Below are positions 49,022 through 59,071 of a stretch of 64,000 bases of DNA, one piece after another. Under the pieces are notes generated by a model. That model was not told the origin of the DNA, made no database searches, and saw nothing but the letters and a program-made list of their open reading frames with translations. Within the stretch, counting starts at the first letter, position 1; every line of letters starts with the position of its first letter. Origin of the DNA: an uncultured Bacteroidales bacterium (lineage in GTDB: Bacteria; Bacteroidota; Bacteroidia; Bacteroidales; UBA10428). Location of the stretch: the NCBI GenBank assembly GCA_964456285.1, contig CAYWBC010000002.1:16999-80998 (forward strand). The letters run 5' to 3'. The translations under genes were made by a program, and so were the position numbers.

Positions 49022-49840
49022 ATGGGAAAATTTAACGAATTCAGTAGTTATTTGATGGACTTACTGGAAAAGTTTGGGCCAAAAGTTCTGTTGGCAATTG
49101 TTGTTCTTGTTGCTGGTTTATGGGTAATCAGGATTATTTCAAAATTCTTAAAAAGAGCCTTTAATAAATCAAATCTTGATGAATCTTTAAGACCTTTTCT
49201 AACTAGTTTCTTATCTGTCTTGCTGAAAGTACTATTGGTTATTTCAGTTGCAGGGATGATCGGCATTGAAATGACTTCATTTATTGCTATCCTTGCTGCT
49301 GCCGGACTCGCTGTGGGTATGGCATTATCAGGAACGTTGCAAAATTTTGCGGGTGGTGTTATGCTGCTTATTTTTAAACCTTTTAAAGTAGGTGATTATA
49401 TCGAGGCACAGGGTCATTCTGGAATTGTAACGGAAATTCAGATATTCAATACACTTTTAAAGACTCCTGATAATAAAAAGGTGATTATTCCCAATGGAGG
49501 ACTCTCAACAGGTTCTATGATCAATTATACTGCAGAGGATACTCGAAGGGTAGATATGACTTTTGGTATAGGTTACCAGGATGATATAGATAAGGCGAAA
49601 GGTATACTTCAGGGAATAATTGATGGAAATGATTTAATATATAATGAACCTGAACCATTTGTTGGTATTATGGAACTTTCTGATAGTTCAGTGAATTTGG
49701 TCGTAAGGGTTTGGACAAAAACATCTGATTATTGGAATGTTTATTTTTATATGCAGGAAACTGTGAAGAAAACATTCGATAAAGAAGGCATTTCTATACC
49801 TTTTCCACAGAGCGATGTACATCTTTATCAAATCAAATAA
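49022..49840 (+). CDS. MscS-family mechanosensitive channel (small)
   Basis: 3 TM. FKPFKVGDYIEAQGHSGIVTEIQIFNTLLKTPDNKKVIIPNG. Confidence 0.85.
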   Translation: MGKFNEFSSYLMDLLEKFGPKVLLAIVVLVAGLWVIRIISKFLKRAFNKSNLDESLRPFLTSFLSVLLKVLLVISVAGMIGIEMTSFIAILAAAGLAVGMALSGTLQNFAGGVMLLIFKPFKVGDYIEAQGHSGIVTEIQIFNTLLKTPDNKKVIIPNGGLSTGSMINYTAEDTRRVDMTFGIGYQDDIDKAKGILQGIIDGNDLIYNEPEPFVGIMELSDSSVNLVVRVWTKTSDYWNVYFYMQETVKKTFDKEGISIPFPQSDVHLYQIK

Positions 49841-49850
49841 GAATGTTATT

Positions 49851-50780
49851 ATGAAAAAAGTAATTCTACTAGTTACGGTTTGTACTCTTTTTTTCGGGAT
49901 TCAAGTACATTCTCAAAGTGCTGACTCAGTAGCATCCATTGTAACTGCAAAAGATACTGCATGGAAAGCAGGAGGGAATGTAACAGCCACTTTTTCTCAG
50001 GCTTATTTTGATAATTGGGCATCTGGAGGTGAAAACTCTTTTGCATTAAATAGCCGGGTAAATCTCTTTTCAAGATACCAGCTAAACAAAGTATTGTGGG
50101 AAAATAATCTTGATTTGGCTTACGGTTTCACAAAACAAAAAAGTACAGATTTTAGAAAGAACGATGACTTATTTGATTTCACTTCTCAATTTGGATATAA
50201 AGCTTCAAAAAAATGGTATTATAGTGCCATTATCAATATTAAGAGCCAATTTTCCACAGGATATGATTATGCAAGTGAACCTGCTGATACTATATCCGGT
50301 TTTTTGTCTCCCTTAAATGTGAATCTGGCAGTCGGTATGGATTACAAGCCGAATGAGCAGTTTTCAGTCTTTCTTTCGCCTGTAAATCTGAAATTGATAT
50401 ATGTGAATGATACTGCATTTAGTACAAGAAATTCTATCGATGCTGGCAAAAATCTTAGAACTGAATTTGGATTCATTGCTAAAATCAAATACCAGAAAGA
50501 AATCATAGAAAATATTAACCTGATGACAAAACTCGATATTTTTTACAATTACCTCGAGACTAATATAACATTGTTTGATGGTAGTTCTAGATTTAAATCT
50601 CCTTATATAAGCTGGGAAGTACTTATAAATATGAAAGTTTTTACAGCACTTTCCATTAATTTAAATACTCATCTGATTTACGACGAAAACTTCAGACAAC
50701 TCGATGAGGAAGGCAATGCAAAAAATCCAAAAGTACAGTTTAAGGAAGTTTTTGGAGTTGGTCTGGCGGTGAAATTCTAG
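49851..50780 (+). CDS. DUF3078-type outer-membrane protein
   Basis: Signal peptide from the ATG at 49851 (MKKVILLVTV). W.AGGN....FSQAYFDNWASGGENS pattern. Beta-barrel-like, C-terminal F. Confidence 0.65.
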   Translation: MKKVILLVTVCTLFFGIQVHSQSADSVASIVTAKDTAWKAGGNVTATFSQAYFDNWASGGENSFALNSRVNLFSRYQLNKVLWENNLDLAYGFTKQKSTDFRKNDDLFDFTSQFGYKASKKWYYSAIINIKSQFSTGYDYASEPADTISGFLSPLNVNLAVGMDYKPNEQFSVFLSPVNLKLIYVNDTAFSTRNSIDAGKNLRTEFGFIAKIKYQKEIIENINLMTKLDIFYNYLETNITLFDGSSRFKSPYISWEVLINMKVFTALSINLNTHLIYDENFRQLDEEGNAKNPKVQFKEVFGVGLAVKF

Positions 50781-50807
50781 AACTATCTGAAGTCAAATAT
50801 TTTATGA

Positions 50808-50836
50808 AGAGACGTAGCACATGCTACGTCTCTTTT
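50808..50836 (+). terminator. rho-independent terminator after the DUF3078 gene
   Basis: 11-bp stem AGAGACGTAGC/GCTACGTCTCT, ACAT loop, then TTT. Confidence 0.8.
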
Positions 50837-51039
50837 GGTATAAAACGATATTCCTTTTTTAAGTTAGCTTTTGCATACGGTATTTCTTTAATAAATTTTG
50901 ATCCTTCCATGTGCAATATTGACGAAATTTTTTTAAATATCAGTAAAACAACTAGTTAGAATTTTTTTGTTGAGTTTTTGTTGAGGTGAGGATGAGTTTT
51001 TGATGTGTTAGATTTTTATGATTCATAGCTTTCCATCCA

Positions 51040-51047
51040 TAGATTTG
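51040..51047 (+). promoter_or_regulatory. candidate -7 box TAGATTTG for susC
   Basis: Exact TAnnTTTG match 56 nt upstream of the ATG at 51103. Confidence 0.35.
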
Positions 51048-51102
51048 AAGTTACTTATTAAAAAGTGAACCTTATTTAATCACTAACCTTAACTTATTAT
51101 CT

Positions 51103-54100
51103 ATGATTAAACGAATTCTATTATCTATGCTTGCTTTTTTGTTCATTAGTTTAACAGCTAATGCACAACAAGTTAGTATTAACGGTATTGTTACCGGGGA
51201 AGACGGAGAAGGCCTTCCTGGTGCTACAGTAATGGTTAAAGGAACATCTAATGGAGTTACTACCAATGCAGATGGTGCATACTTCATTACCGTGGAAGGT
51301 GTTGAAAGCCCGGTACTGGTAATCTCTTACATTGGCTATTTGTCTGAAGAAATAGCCGTAGACAATCAGACTGAAATTAATGTTACGATGTCTCTTGACA
51401 TGCAATCTCTTGATGAGATTGTTGTTGTAGGATATGGCACCCAGAAGAAAAGTCTGGTAACAGGTGCTATTAGTAAAGTAAGTTCTGAAGAATTGCAAAA
51501 GACTCCGGCATTAAGAGTTGAACAGGCATTGATTGGAAAAGCTGCCGGCGTATATATTGCGAATATGGAAGGTTCTCCGGGGGGTGGACTTTCAGTGAGG
51601 ATCCGTGGAACAGGAACTAATTCGAATTCCGATCCTCTATACATTGTCGATGGTATGTCAACAGGTGGGATTGAATTCTTAAATCCAGGAGATATTGAGT
51701 CCATTGAGATATTGAAGGATGCTGCTTCAGCAGCGATTTATGGAGCAGAAGCTGCTAACGGAGTGGTTCTGATTACTACAAAATCGGGTAAGATAGGTGG
51801 CGAATCTACTGTTAGTTATGAATTTTATTATGGGGTTCAGAATCCCTGGAAGAAGATAGAAGTACTTGATGCAGAGGGTTATATAACCGCACAACGTGAA
51901 ATGTGGCGAAATGCCGGGGGGAACATGAGCAGTTTGAATGAACTACTTGCTGATTCAACCGATTATGAATTTAATACCAACTGGCTTGACCAGGTAACAA
52001 GGAAAAATGCACCATTTCAGAATCATCAGTTAAGTATTACCGGAGGGAATGAAAAAATGCACTATAGTACATCCCTAAATTATTATGATCAGGATGGAAT
52101 GATAGGGGATGGCCGTTCCAACTTCAGGCGTTATTCAGGAAGATTCAATGGTACATATCATGTAAAGGACTGGTTGCATGTTGGAAACCGTATCAATATA
52201 ATTCAAACCGAAAGAATAGGAATTGGTGAAAATGATGTGTTTGGTGGAGTAGTATCTCTGGCAACCCAGCTCGATCCCTTGTTTCCTGTTCGGGATCCTG
52301 CAATGGATACGATAGACGGTGGTGCTCATCGGGGGTGGGGGCAATCCAGCATACTTTCAGCTGAGTATGTCAATCCTTTGGGTTCACTGGATATAGATAA
52401 TGCAAAAACTGTTACACAAAAAGTATTTGGTGACGTATGGATCGAAGCCGAAATTATAAATGGGCTGAAAATCAAAACAGATCTATTTGTTGAACAGAGC
52501 TATGTAAATTATTCCAATTGGGAACCGCATTATATATTCACCGGTACGGCGCAAAATCAAACTTCAAGTGTTACCAAACGTGTTGATCAATATCCGGGCA
52601 TACAATGGGATAATATCATAACTTACGATAAGAGTTTTGGCAAACATAATATTGGAGCAGTATTGGGTATGTCAGCCAGGGTAAATAAGGCAAATCGTCT
52701 GGAAGCAACAGGTACAGATATGTTTCTGGAAAATGAAAACTTTGCTCATATTTTCGCAACAACATCTGAGACTCAAACAGCTACCGATCAGAACACTGAA
52801 GATTGGAATGTTATGCCAAGAGAAAAGCGCTTGATGTCTTATTTTGGACGGTTAAACTACAATTATGATGAACGCTATCTGTTAACCCTGATTGTTCGTC
52901 GCGATGGATCAAATAAATTAGCAAGCGGAAACAGATTTCAAACATTTCCATCAGTATCTGCAGGATGGATTATTTCCAATGAAAATTTCTGGGGTGTTGC
53001 TCCCATTAACTTTTTAAAAATCAGGGCCAGCTGGGGACAAAATGGAAATATCGAATCGCTGGATTACTTTCAGTATGTTTCGCTCATAGAAGTTGGAGTA
53101 TGGAATTATTATTTTGATGATGTACTTTCCACAGGAGCAGTTCCTTCAACCCTAAGTAATAGAGACCTTATTTGGGAAACCAGTGAACAAATCGATTTAG
53201 GTATTGATATTCGTTTGCTGGCTAATAGACTTTCATTAAGCGCCGACTATTACGATAAGAGAACAAAAGATCTGCTTGTGCAAGCTTCAACTCCTTATTT
53301 AACAGGAAATAACAATCCCTGGATCAATGCGGGAGAGGTGCAGAATAAAGGATTCGAAATTGAATTTAGATACAACGACATGATCGGTGAATTTAAATAT
53401 GGTGTAAATATTAATTTCGCTACAAATAAAAATGAAGTACTTTCCTATGGTAATGAAAGTGGATCCATTAATGGAGTTGGCTATGGAGTGGAAGGAAGAC
53501 AAATGACCAAGTTTGAAGTTGGATATCCTATAGGTTATTTCTATGGTTTTGAAAGTGATGGAATATTCCAGAATGAGGAAGAGGTTCTGGCACATACAAC
53601 CAATGGAGTTGTATTGCAGCCCAGAGCTGAACCTGGCGATGTAAGGTTTGTCGATGTAAATGGCGATAGTCTAATAAATGACAATGACAGGACAATGATA
53701 GGTAATCCACATCCAAAATTCTTATATGGTCTGGGACTGGATTTTGAATACAAAGGATTTGATCTGAGTTTATTCTTCCAGGGAACAGCTGGAAATGATA
53801 TCTATAATGCCCGAAGGCGATATGATGTAAATAATGTAAATCTGGAAAAATGGATATATGATGAGCGCTGGCATGGTGAAGGTACATCAAACGAGTTCCC
53901 TCGTCTATATAGTGGCGATCCGAATGGCAATTGGAACAGGAGCGATATTATGATCGAGGATGCTTCATATCTTCGATTAAGAGATTTGCGCCTCGGGTAC
54001 ACAATACCCAATAAGATTACTGAAAAAGCAAAAATTAGTCAACTCTACTTCTACGTTCAGGGAACAAACTTACTAACCTTTACAAAGAAGAGTTTCCACG

Positions 54101-54210
54101 GATCGAATCCTGATATTGGAGCTATTTGGGGTAACCTGGGTTCCGGTCTGGATTTTGGTTTCTATCCGGCGGCTAAAACTTATCAGATTGGTGCCAAAAT
54201 TACATTTTAA
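51103..54210 (+). CDS. susC: SusC/RagA-family TonB-dependent outer-membrane transporter
   Basis: Signal peptide. CarboxypepD_reg domain (INGIVTGEDGEGLPGATVMVKGTSNGVTTNADGAY), TonB box DEIVVVGYG, plug plus 22-strand barrel. Ends ...KITF. Confidence 0.93.
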   Translation: MIKRILLSMLAFLFISLTANAQQVSINGIVTGEDGEGLPGATVMVKGTSNGVTTNADGAYFITVEGVESPVLVISYIGYLSEEIAVDNQTEINVTMSLDMQSLDEIVVVGYGTQKKSLVTGAISKVSSEELQKTPALRVEQALIGKAAGVYIANMEGSPGGGLSVRIRGTGTNSNSDPLYIVDGMSTGGIEFLNPGDIESIEILKDAASAAIYGAEAANGVVLITTKSGKIGGESTVSYEFYYGVQNPWKKIEVLDAEGYITAQREMWRNAGGNMSSLNELLADSTDYEFNTNWLDQVTRKNAPFQNHQLSITGGNEKMHYSTSLNYYDQDGMIGDGRSNFRRYSGRFNGTYHVKDWLHVGNRINIIQTERIGIGENDVFGGVVSLATQLDPLFPVRDPAMDTIDGGAHRGWGQSSILSAEYVNPLGSLDIDNAKTVTQKVFGDVWIEAEIINGLKIKTDLFVEQSYVNYSNWEPHYIFTGTAQNQTSSVTKRVDQYPGIQWDNIITYDKSFGKHNIGAVLGMSARVNKANRLEATGTDMFLENENFAHIFATTSETQTATDQNTEDWNVMPREKRLMSYFGRLNYNYDERYLLTLIVRRDGSNKLASGNRFQTFPSVSAGWIISNENFWGVAPINFLKIRASWGQNGNIESLDYFQYVSLIEVGVWNYYFDDVLSTGAVPSTLSNRDLIWETSEQIDLGIDIRLLANRLSLSADYYDKRTKDLLVQASTPYLTGNNNPWINAGEVQNKGFEIEFRYNDMIGEFKYGVNINFATNKNEVLSYGNESGSINGVGYGVEGRQMTKFEVGYPIGYFYGFESDGIFQNEEEVLAHTTNGVVLQPRAEPGDVRFVDVNGDSLINDNDRTMIGNPHPKFLYGLGLDFEYKGFDLSLFFQGTAGNDIYNARRRYDVNNVNLEKWIYDERWHGEGTSNEFPRLYSGDPNGNWNRSDIMIEDASYLRLRDLRLGYTIPNKITEKAKISQLYFYVQGTNLLTFTKKSFHGSNPDIGAIWGNLGSGLDFGFYPAAKTYQIGAKITF

Positions 54211-54221
54211 AGTATAGCAAC

Positions 54222-55841
54222 ATGAAAAATTTATTTAAAGTAAAATACATATTAGTAGCTGCATTGGCATTCATAGTCTTGTCATGCGGTGAAGACTGGT
54301 TAGAAACTGAACCGCAGGGTTTGGTTCTTGAATCGAATTTTTATCAGACTGAAGACGATGCATTTGCTGCACTAACAGCTGCTTATGATCCTTTGGAATG
54401 GGACTATATGAGTGGTCTTGACGGTGCATATAATCCATTCTTTATGATCATGAATATTTCTTCCGATGATACGGAGAAAGGAGGAGATACTCCTACTGAT
54501 CAGGCCAATATGGAACAGTTTAATGATTATAATCTAAATCCTGATAATGAGATGATCCGGGGTTTATGGGTTAAATATGCCAGAGGGATTTATCGTTGTA
54601 ACCTGGTTCTTGAAAATACCTCTGATGGTTTTAGCACTGCAGCCACAATTAAAGCTGAAGCACAAACTTTAAGGGCTTATTATTTCTTTGATGCTGTTCG
54701 AATATGGGGGGACTATCCATTACTTGATCATGTATTAGGTCCAGACGAGTATTATTCAACAGGAAGAGCTCCGAAAAGAGAAATATTTGATTTGATAGTG
54801 AATGACTTAAAAGCCGCAATTAGTTCAGGAGCACTTAAAAGATTAACTCAGGTTCCGGGAGGACGTGTTACTTTAGGTACTGCACATGCTCTTCTAGGGA
54901 AAGTATATCTGTATATGGCCTCTCCATATTATGCATATAGCGATGAGGACTACTACCAATTGGCAGCAAATGAATTTGCATCGGTCATACAATTGGGCGA
55001 TTATGAATTAATTGATAATTATGCCGATGTAAATGATCCACGCCTGGGACAGAATACCAACGAAGCTGTATTTGAAATTCAACACAGTGCTCGCTCAGAA
55101 TGGAGTGATTGGAATTATGCTACTCCGGGAGAGGGTAACTTTACAGCTACTATGAGCGGTATCAGAACAGGTGGAACTCTCGGCCATCCTATATATAGCA
55201 ATGGATGGTGTTTTAATTTACCAAATCAGAACAATGTAGATGCTTACATTGCAATGGAAGATGATATTAGATTCAGCGCTAACATTATTACCAGCTTTCC
55301 TGTTGAGGTGGGTGGTGTGACAATACCTTCCGATTTGGGTGTTGCTACTGATACCTCAGGACGCGATGTGACCACTGATATCGGCGTTAATTTTGCTATG
55401 GGATATCAACATACTGGCTATTGGGTGAAGAAGTATGCCATTTATGCTGAATTAATTCCAAGTGTTGGTGATCAGTTCAATAATAATCCCAATAACATGG
55501 TTGCAATACGTTATTCTGATGTATTGCTTATGCATGCTGAAGCATTGGTAAGTGGGGCTTCCGATCCATTAGGTGCAACAGCAGTTGATTATGTAAATGA
55601 GGTTCGTGATCGTGTAGATCTTGATCTGCTAAGTTCAGTTGATCTGGATGCTATCCTGGCTGAAAGACGATTGGAATTGGATCACATGGGACATCGATGG
55701 TTTGATATGGTTCGATTGAATCGCGCAGTTACAGTTTTTGGACCACAAGGTTTTACTGTTGGTCATGAAGTATTTCCAATTCCCCGACAGGAGATTGATA
55801 ATACCAGGGGAGCCCTTGAACAAAATGAGGCGTATAAATAG
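54222..55841 (+). CDS. susD: SusD/RagB-family glycan-binding lipoprotein
   Basis: Lipobox VLSCGEDW. 11-nt gap after susC. SusD-like TPR-rich helical core, C-terminal R.ELD..GHRWFD..R. Confidence 0.9.
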   Translation: MKNLFKVKYILVAALAFIVLSCGEDWLETEPQGLVLESNFYQTEDDAFAALTAAYDPLEWDYMSGLDGAYNPFFMIMNISSDDTEKGGDTPTDQANMEQFNDYNLNPDNEMIRGLWVKYARGIYRCNLVLENTSDGFSTAATIKAEAQTLRAYYFFDAVRIWGDYPLLDHVLGPDEYYSTGRAPKREIFDLIVNDLKAAISSGALKRLTQVPGGRVTLGTAHALLGKVYLYMASPYYAYSDEDYYQLAANEFASVIQLGDYELIDNYADVNDPRLGQNTNEAVFEIQHSARSEWSDWNYATPGEGNFTATMSGIRTGGTLGHPIYSNGWCFNLPNQNNVDAYIAMEDDIRFSANIITSFPVEVGGVTIPSDLGVATDTSGRDVTTDIGVNFAMGYQHTGYWVKKYAIYAELIPSVGDQFNNNPNNMVAIRYSDVLLMHAEALVSGASDPLGATAVDYVNEVRDRVDLDLLSSVDLDAILAERRLELDHMGHRWFDMVRLNRAVTVFGPQGFTVGHEVFPIPRQEIDNTRGALEQNEAYK

Positions 55842-55916
55842 TCAAATCAATAATATGATTGCTGATTATAAAAATGCCTGATTATAAATTAGCGATAATA
55901 ATAAGATTTAAGATCA

Positions 55917-55959
55917 AGATTCCTGATTCGGGTAAGCATGTGGCTTACCTGAATAAGGA
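55917..55959 (+). other. long imperfect hairpin between susD and the MFS gene (terminator/attenuator candidate)
   Basis: ATTCCTGATTCGGGTAAGC / GCTTACCTGAATAAGGAAT: perfect 7-bp core GGTAAGC/GCTTACC, 5-nt loop, 10 of 12 outer positions pair. No strong T run. Confidence 0.4.
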
Positions 55960-56148
55960 ATTTACTTAAAAATTATTTGAATAAAATAATAGTGGTATGA
56001 ACTTGTTCATTTGAATTCAATTGAAAATTAAATGATATTAATATCCAGTTAGATGATTGTAATATAGAATCCGGTAATTTAAAAGTCTGGATCGAAGGCA
56101 GATAAATAACCGATTTGGAATATATTTTAGTATTAAATAACTGATTAC

Positions 56149-57714
56149 ATGAAAAATAATAACTCACTCTTTCATTCCTTTCTAATAGTTTTCATCGTAG
56201 CACTTGGTGGATTCTTAATGGGTTTTGATGCATCAGTAATTTCTGGTGTTGTAGAGTTTATTGGGCCGCAATTCGAATTAACAAAACTAGAATTGGGTTG
56301 GGCAGTCAGTTGCCTGACATTAACAGCTACACTGGCCATGATCATTTCCGGACCCATCTCTGATAGAATAGGTAGAAAACTGGTTTTAAAATATGCGGCA
56401 ATATTGTATTTTATTTCGGCAGTGTTTTCTGCGCTTGCTCCTTCATTTATAAGTCTTGTTATTGCTCGTATGATTGGAGGAATTGGCGTTGGAGCCTCAC
56501 TGATAATTGCACCCATGTATATAGCTGAAATTGCTCCTCCAAGGCTTCGGGGAAGGATGGTTTCTTTTAATCAGTTGAATATTGTTATAGGTATTTCCGT
56601 TGCATTTTTCACAAACTATTTAATACTTCAATTGGGAAAATCTGATGCCGGCTGGGCAAAATCTCTAATGTTTGAAGCCTATAACTGGCGATGGATGTTA
56701 GGATTGGAGGCACTTCCTGCTATTTTGTACTTCTTCTTTTTATTCATTGTACCAGAAAGTCCAAGATGGTTGGCAATGAAAGGTTTTGAAGACAGGGCGC
56801 TGGATATTATGATTAAAATGAGTAGTGAAGAACAAGCCAGGAAGGAATACAAGGAAATTAAAGCCAGCATATCAAGTAATACTAAGAAAGAGAAAGTTTC
56901 AATTGCTGAACTATTCAAACCAGCTATGAAACTTGTTCTTACCATTGGTATCGTGATAGCGATCCTGCAACAAATTACAGGTATCAATGCTGTTTTCTTT
57001 TATGCACCTATGATATTCAAGCAGACGGGAATAGGAACAGATGCTTCTTTTGTTCAGGCTATAATAGTAGGTTTAACAAATTTAATTTTTACAGTTGTTG
57101 CCATTTTATTTGTTGATCGCCTGGGGAGAAAACCTTTGCTTGCCTTTGGTGTTTCAGGCATTGTTATTTGTATGTTTCTTTTGGCATATTCTTTCAATAC
57201 GGCTACCTACGAGCTATCTGTTGAATCTGTTTCAAATCTTTCTGAAATTACTGATCTGGCCGTAATTGGCCAGTTGCAGGGACAAACATTCACTTCTGAT
57301 ATTGCTTTTAAGGATGCACTTATACAAGTTTTAGGGGACAATGTAGCCAGCGAACATCAGGGAGAAATAATTGCACAGGCAATAAGCATTAATCCATGGC
57401 TTGTTCTGATCGGTATTATTGGATTTGTTGCTTCATTTGCTGTTTCTTTGGGACCGGTAATGTGGATTCTCTTTTCAGAACTATTTCCAAATCGTTTAAG
57501 AGGTCTTGCTATTTCCCTGGCAGGATTTGTGAATTCAGGGATAAGCTTCACAGTTCAGCTTATGTTTCCATGGGAACTTTCAAATATTGGCAATGCCGGA
57601 ACATTCCTGATTTATGGAATATTTGGTCTGGCAGGTCTTATTTTCATACTTATTTATCTTCCTGAAACAAAGGGTAAATCACTGGAGGAACTGGAAAAAG
57701 TATTAATTAGTTAA
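56149..57714 (+). CDS. MFS sugar porter (sugar:H+ symporter family)
   Basis: 12-TM layout. GRK motifs, PESPRWL, PETKGKSLEELE. ~65-aa soluble insertion (ELSVESVSNL...AISINP) in the C-terminal half. Confidence 0.9.
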   Translation: MKNNNSLFHSFLIVFIVALGGFLMGFDASVISGVVEFIGPQFELTKLELGWAVSCLTLTATLAMIISGPISDRIGRKLVLKYAAILYFISAVFSALAPSFISLVIARMIGGIGVGASLIIAPMYIAEIAPPRLRGRMVSFNQLNIVIGISVAFFTNYLILQLGKSDAGWAKSLMFEAYNWRWMLGLEALPAILYFFFLFIVPESPRWLAMKGFEDRALDIMIKMSSEEQARKEYKEIKASISSNTKKEKVSIAELFKPAMKLVLTIGIVIAILQQITGINAVFFYAPMIFKQTGIGTDASFVQAIIVGLTNLIFTVVAILFVDRLGRKPLLAFGVSGIVICMFLLAYSFNTATYELSVESVSNLSEITDLAVIGQLQGQTFTSDIAFKDALIQVLGDNVASEHQGEIIAQAISINPWLVLIGIIGFVASFAVSLGPVMWILFSELFPNRLRGLAISLAGFVNSGISFTVQLMFPWELSNIGNAGTFLIYGIFGLAGLIFILIYLPETKGKSLEELEKVLIS

Positions 57715-57726
57715 TTTATCTCAAAG

Positions 57727-59028
57727 ATGAAAAATACAATATTATTGATAAGTCTGCTATTGGTTATGGTTGATTGTACTTCTTTAAAAAGAAAAAAGAA
57801 GGATGTACCTGTAAAAGTTACTTTAGAACAGGTTGAAGGAAAATACCGACTATTTGTTGATGGTGAAGAATTTTATGTGAAAGGAGCAGGATGTGAATTT
57901 GGGAACATCGAAGCACTAGGAGAGTATGGTGCCAATTCATTCAGAACTTGGAGAATTGAAAATGGTGAAAGTACTGCAGAAGAAATACTGGAACGAGCAC
58001 AAAATACAGGCTTGTTGGTTTTAATGGGTCTGGATGTTGGACGTGAACGGCATGGCTTTGATTACAATGATTCTGTATGGGTCAAGCAACAATACGATTC
58101 CATACAGGCAAGGGTAACGAGAATAAAAGATCATCCTGCGCTGCTCGGATGGGCAATTGGCAATGAAATCAATCTTGACGCTGAAAATTTAAAAGTCTTT
58201 GATGCTGTGAACGATATATCGAAAATGATTCATGAAATTGATCCTAATCACGTAACAACTACAACTCTGTCCGGTATTGATAAAAGAGTAGTGGACTATC
58301 TTAAAGAACATTGCACAGACATTGATTTCTTATCAATTCAAATGTACGGTGATATTGTAAACCTTCAACAGCGCATTGACGATGCTGGCTGGGAAGGTCC
58401 TTATATGGTGACTGAATGGGGTGCAACCGGACATTGGGAAGTTCCGCTTACTGCCTGGGATGTGGCTATTGAACAAACCAGTAAAGAAAAAGCCAATGCC
58501 CTTATCGAAAGGTATAAAGTGGCCATTGCAGCAGATTCGAAAAATTGTCTGGGCTCATATGTCTTTCTTTGGGGTCAAAAGCAGGAGCGGACACCAACCT
58601 GGTATGGAATGTTTTTAGAAAATGATTATAAGACAGAAATGGTCGATGCTATGCATTTCCTCTGGAATGGTAAATGGCCGGAAAATAGATGTCCTACTCT
58701 TGATTCTTTCAAAATTGATAATCAAACAGCCTACGATAATATTCAGTTTGAACTGGGTGATGAGTTTGTTGCAAATGTATATGCCCACGACTATCAAAAT
58801 GATTCTCTTGTATACAAATGGGAAATAATTCCTGAGAGTACTAATTTGGGTCAGGGTGGTGATTTTGAAAGCCGGCCTGAGTCTGTTTTTTTAATGGAAG
58901 GAGAAGCAACAGCTAAACTTCAGGTTCCTGAAAAAACAGGTGCTTATCGTCTCTTCATTTATGTTTTTGATGGCAACAAGCAGGCTGCAACAGCCAATAT
59001 TCCATTCCTTGTCATGGAAAAAATATGA
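57727..59028 (+). CDS. clan GH-A TIM-barrel glycoside hydrolase lipoprotein with C-terminal beta-sandwich (GH158-like endo-beta-1,3-glucanase candidate)
   Basis: Lipobox VMVDCTS. FYVKGAGC entry strand. Candidate acid/base in WAIGNEINL (E147) and nucleophile in MVTEWGATG (E230). ~90-aa C-terminal domain. Family assignment is tentative. Confidence 0.55.
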   Translation: MKNTILLISLLLVMVDCTSLKRKKKDVPVKVTLEQVEGKYRLFVDGEEFYVKGAGCEFGNIEALGEYGANSFRTWRIENGESTAEEILERAQNTGLLVLMGLDVGRERHGFDYNDSVWVKQQYDSIQARVTRIKDHPALLGWAIGNEINLDAENLKVFDAVNDISKMIHEIDPNHVTTTTLSGIDKRVVDYLKEHCTDIDFLSIQMYGDIVNLQQRIDDAGWEGPYMVTEWGATGHWEVPLTAWDVAIEQTSKEKANALIERYKVAIAADSKNCLGSYVFLWGQKQERTPTWYGMFLENDYKTEMVDAMHFLWNGKWPENRCPTLDSFKIDNQTAYDNIQFELGDEFVANVYAHDYQNDSLVYKWEIIPESTNLGQGGDFESRPESVFLMEGEATAKLQVPEKTGAYRLFIYVFDGNKQAATANIPFLVMEKI

Positions 59029-59071
59029 TAAATTAATACGATAAGATTAAGGATTTGATAAATAGTTCAAA

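Noticed and set aside
55973-56167. 64-aa minus-strand ORF in the susD-MFS spacer
   Set aside because: AT-rich low-complexity translation. It overlaps the MFS start and has no promoter or motif support.
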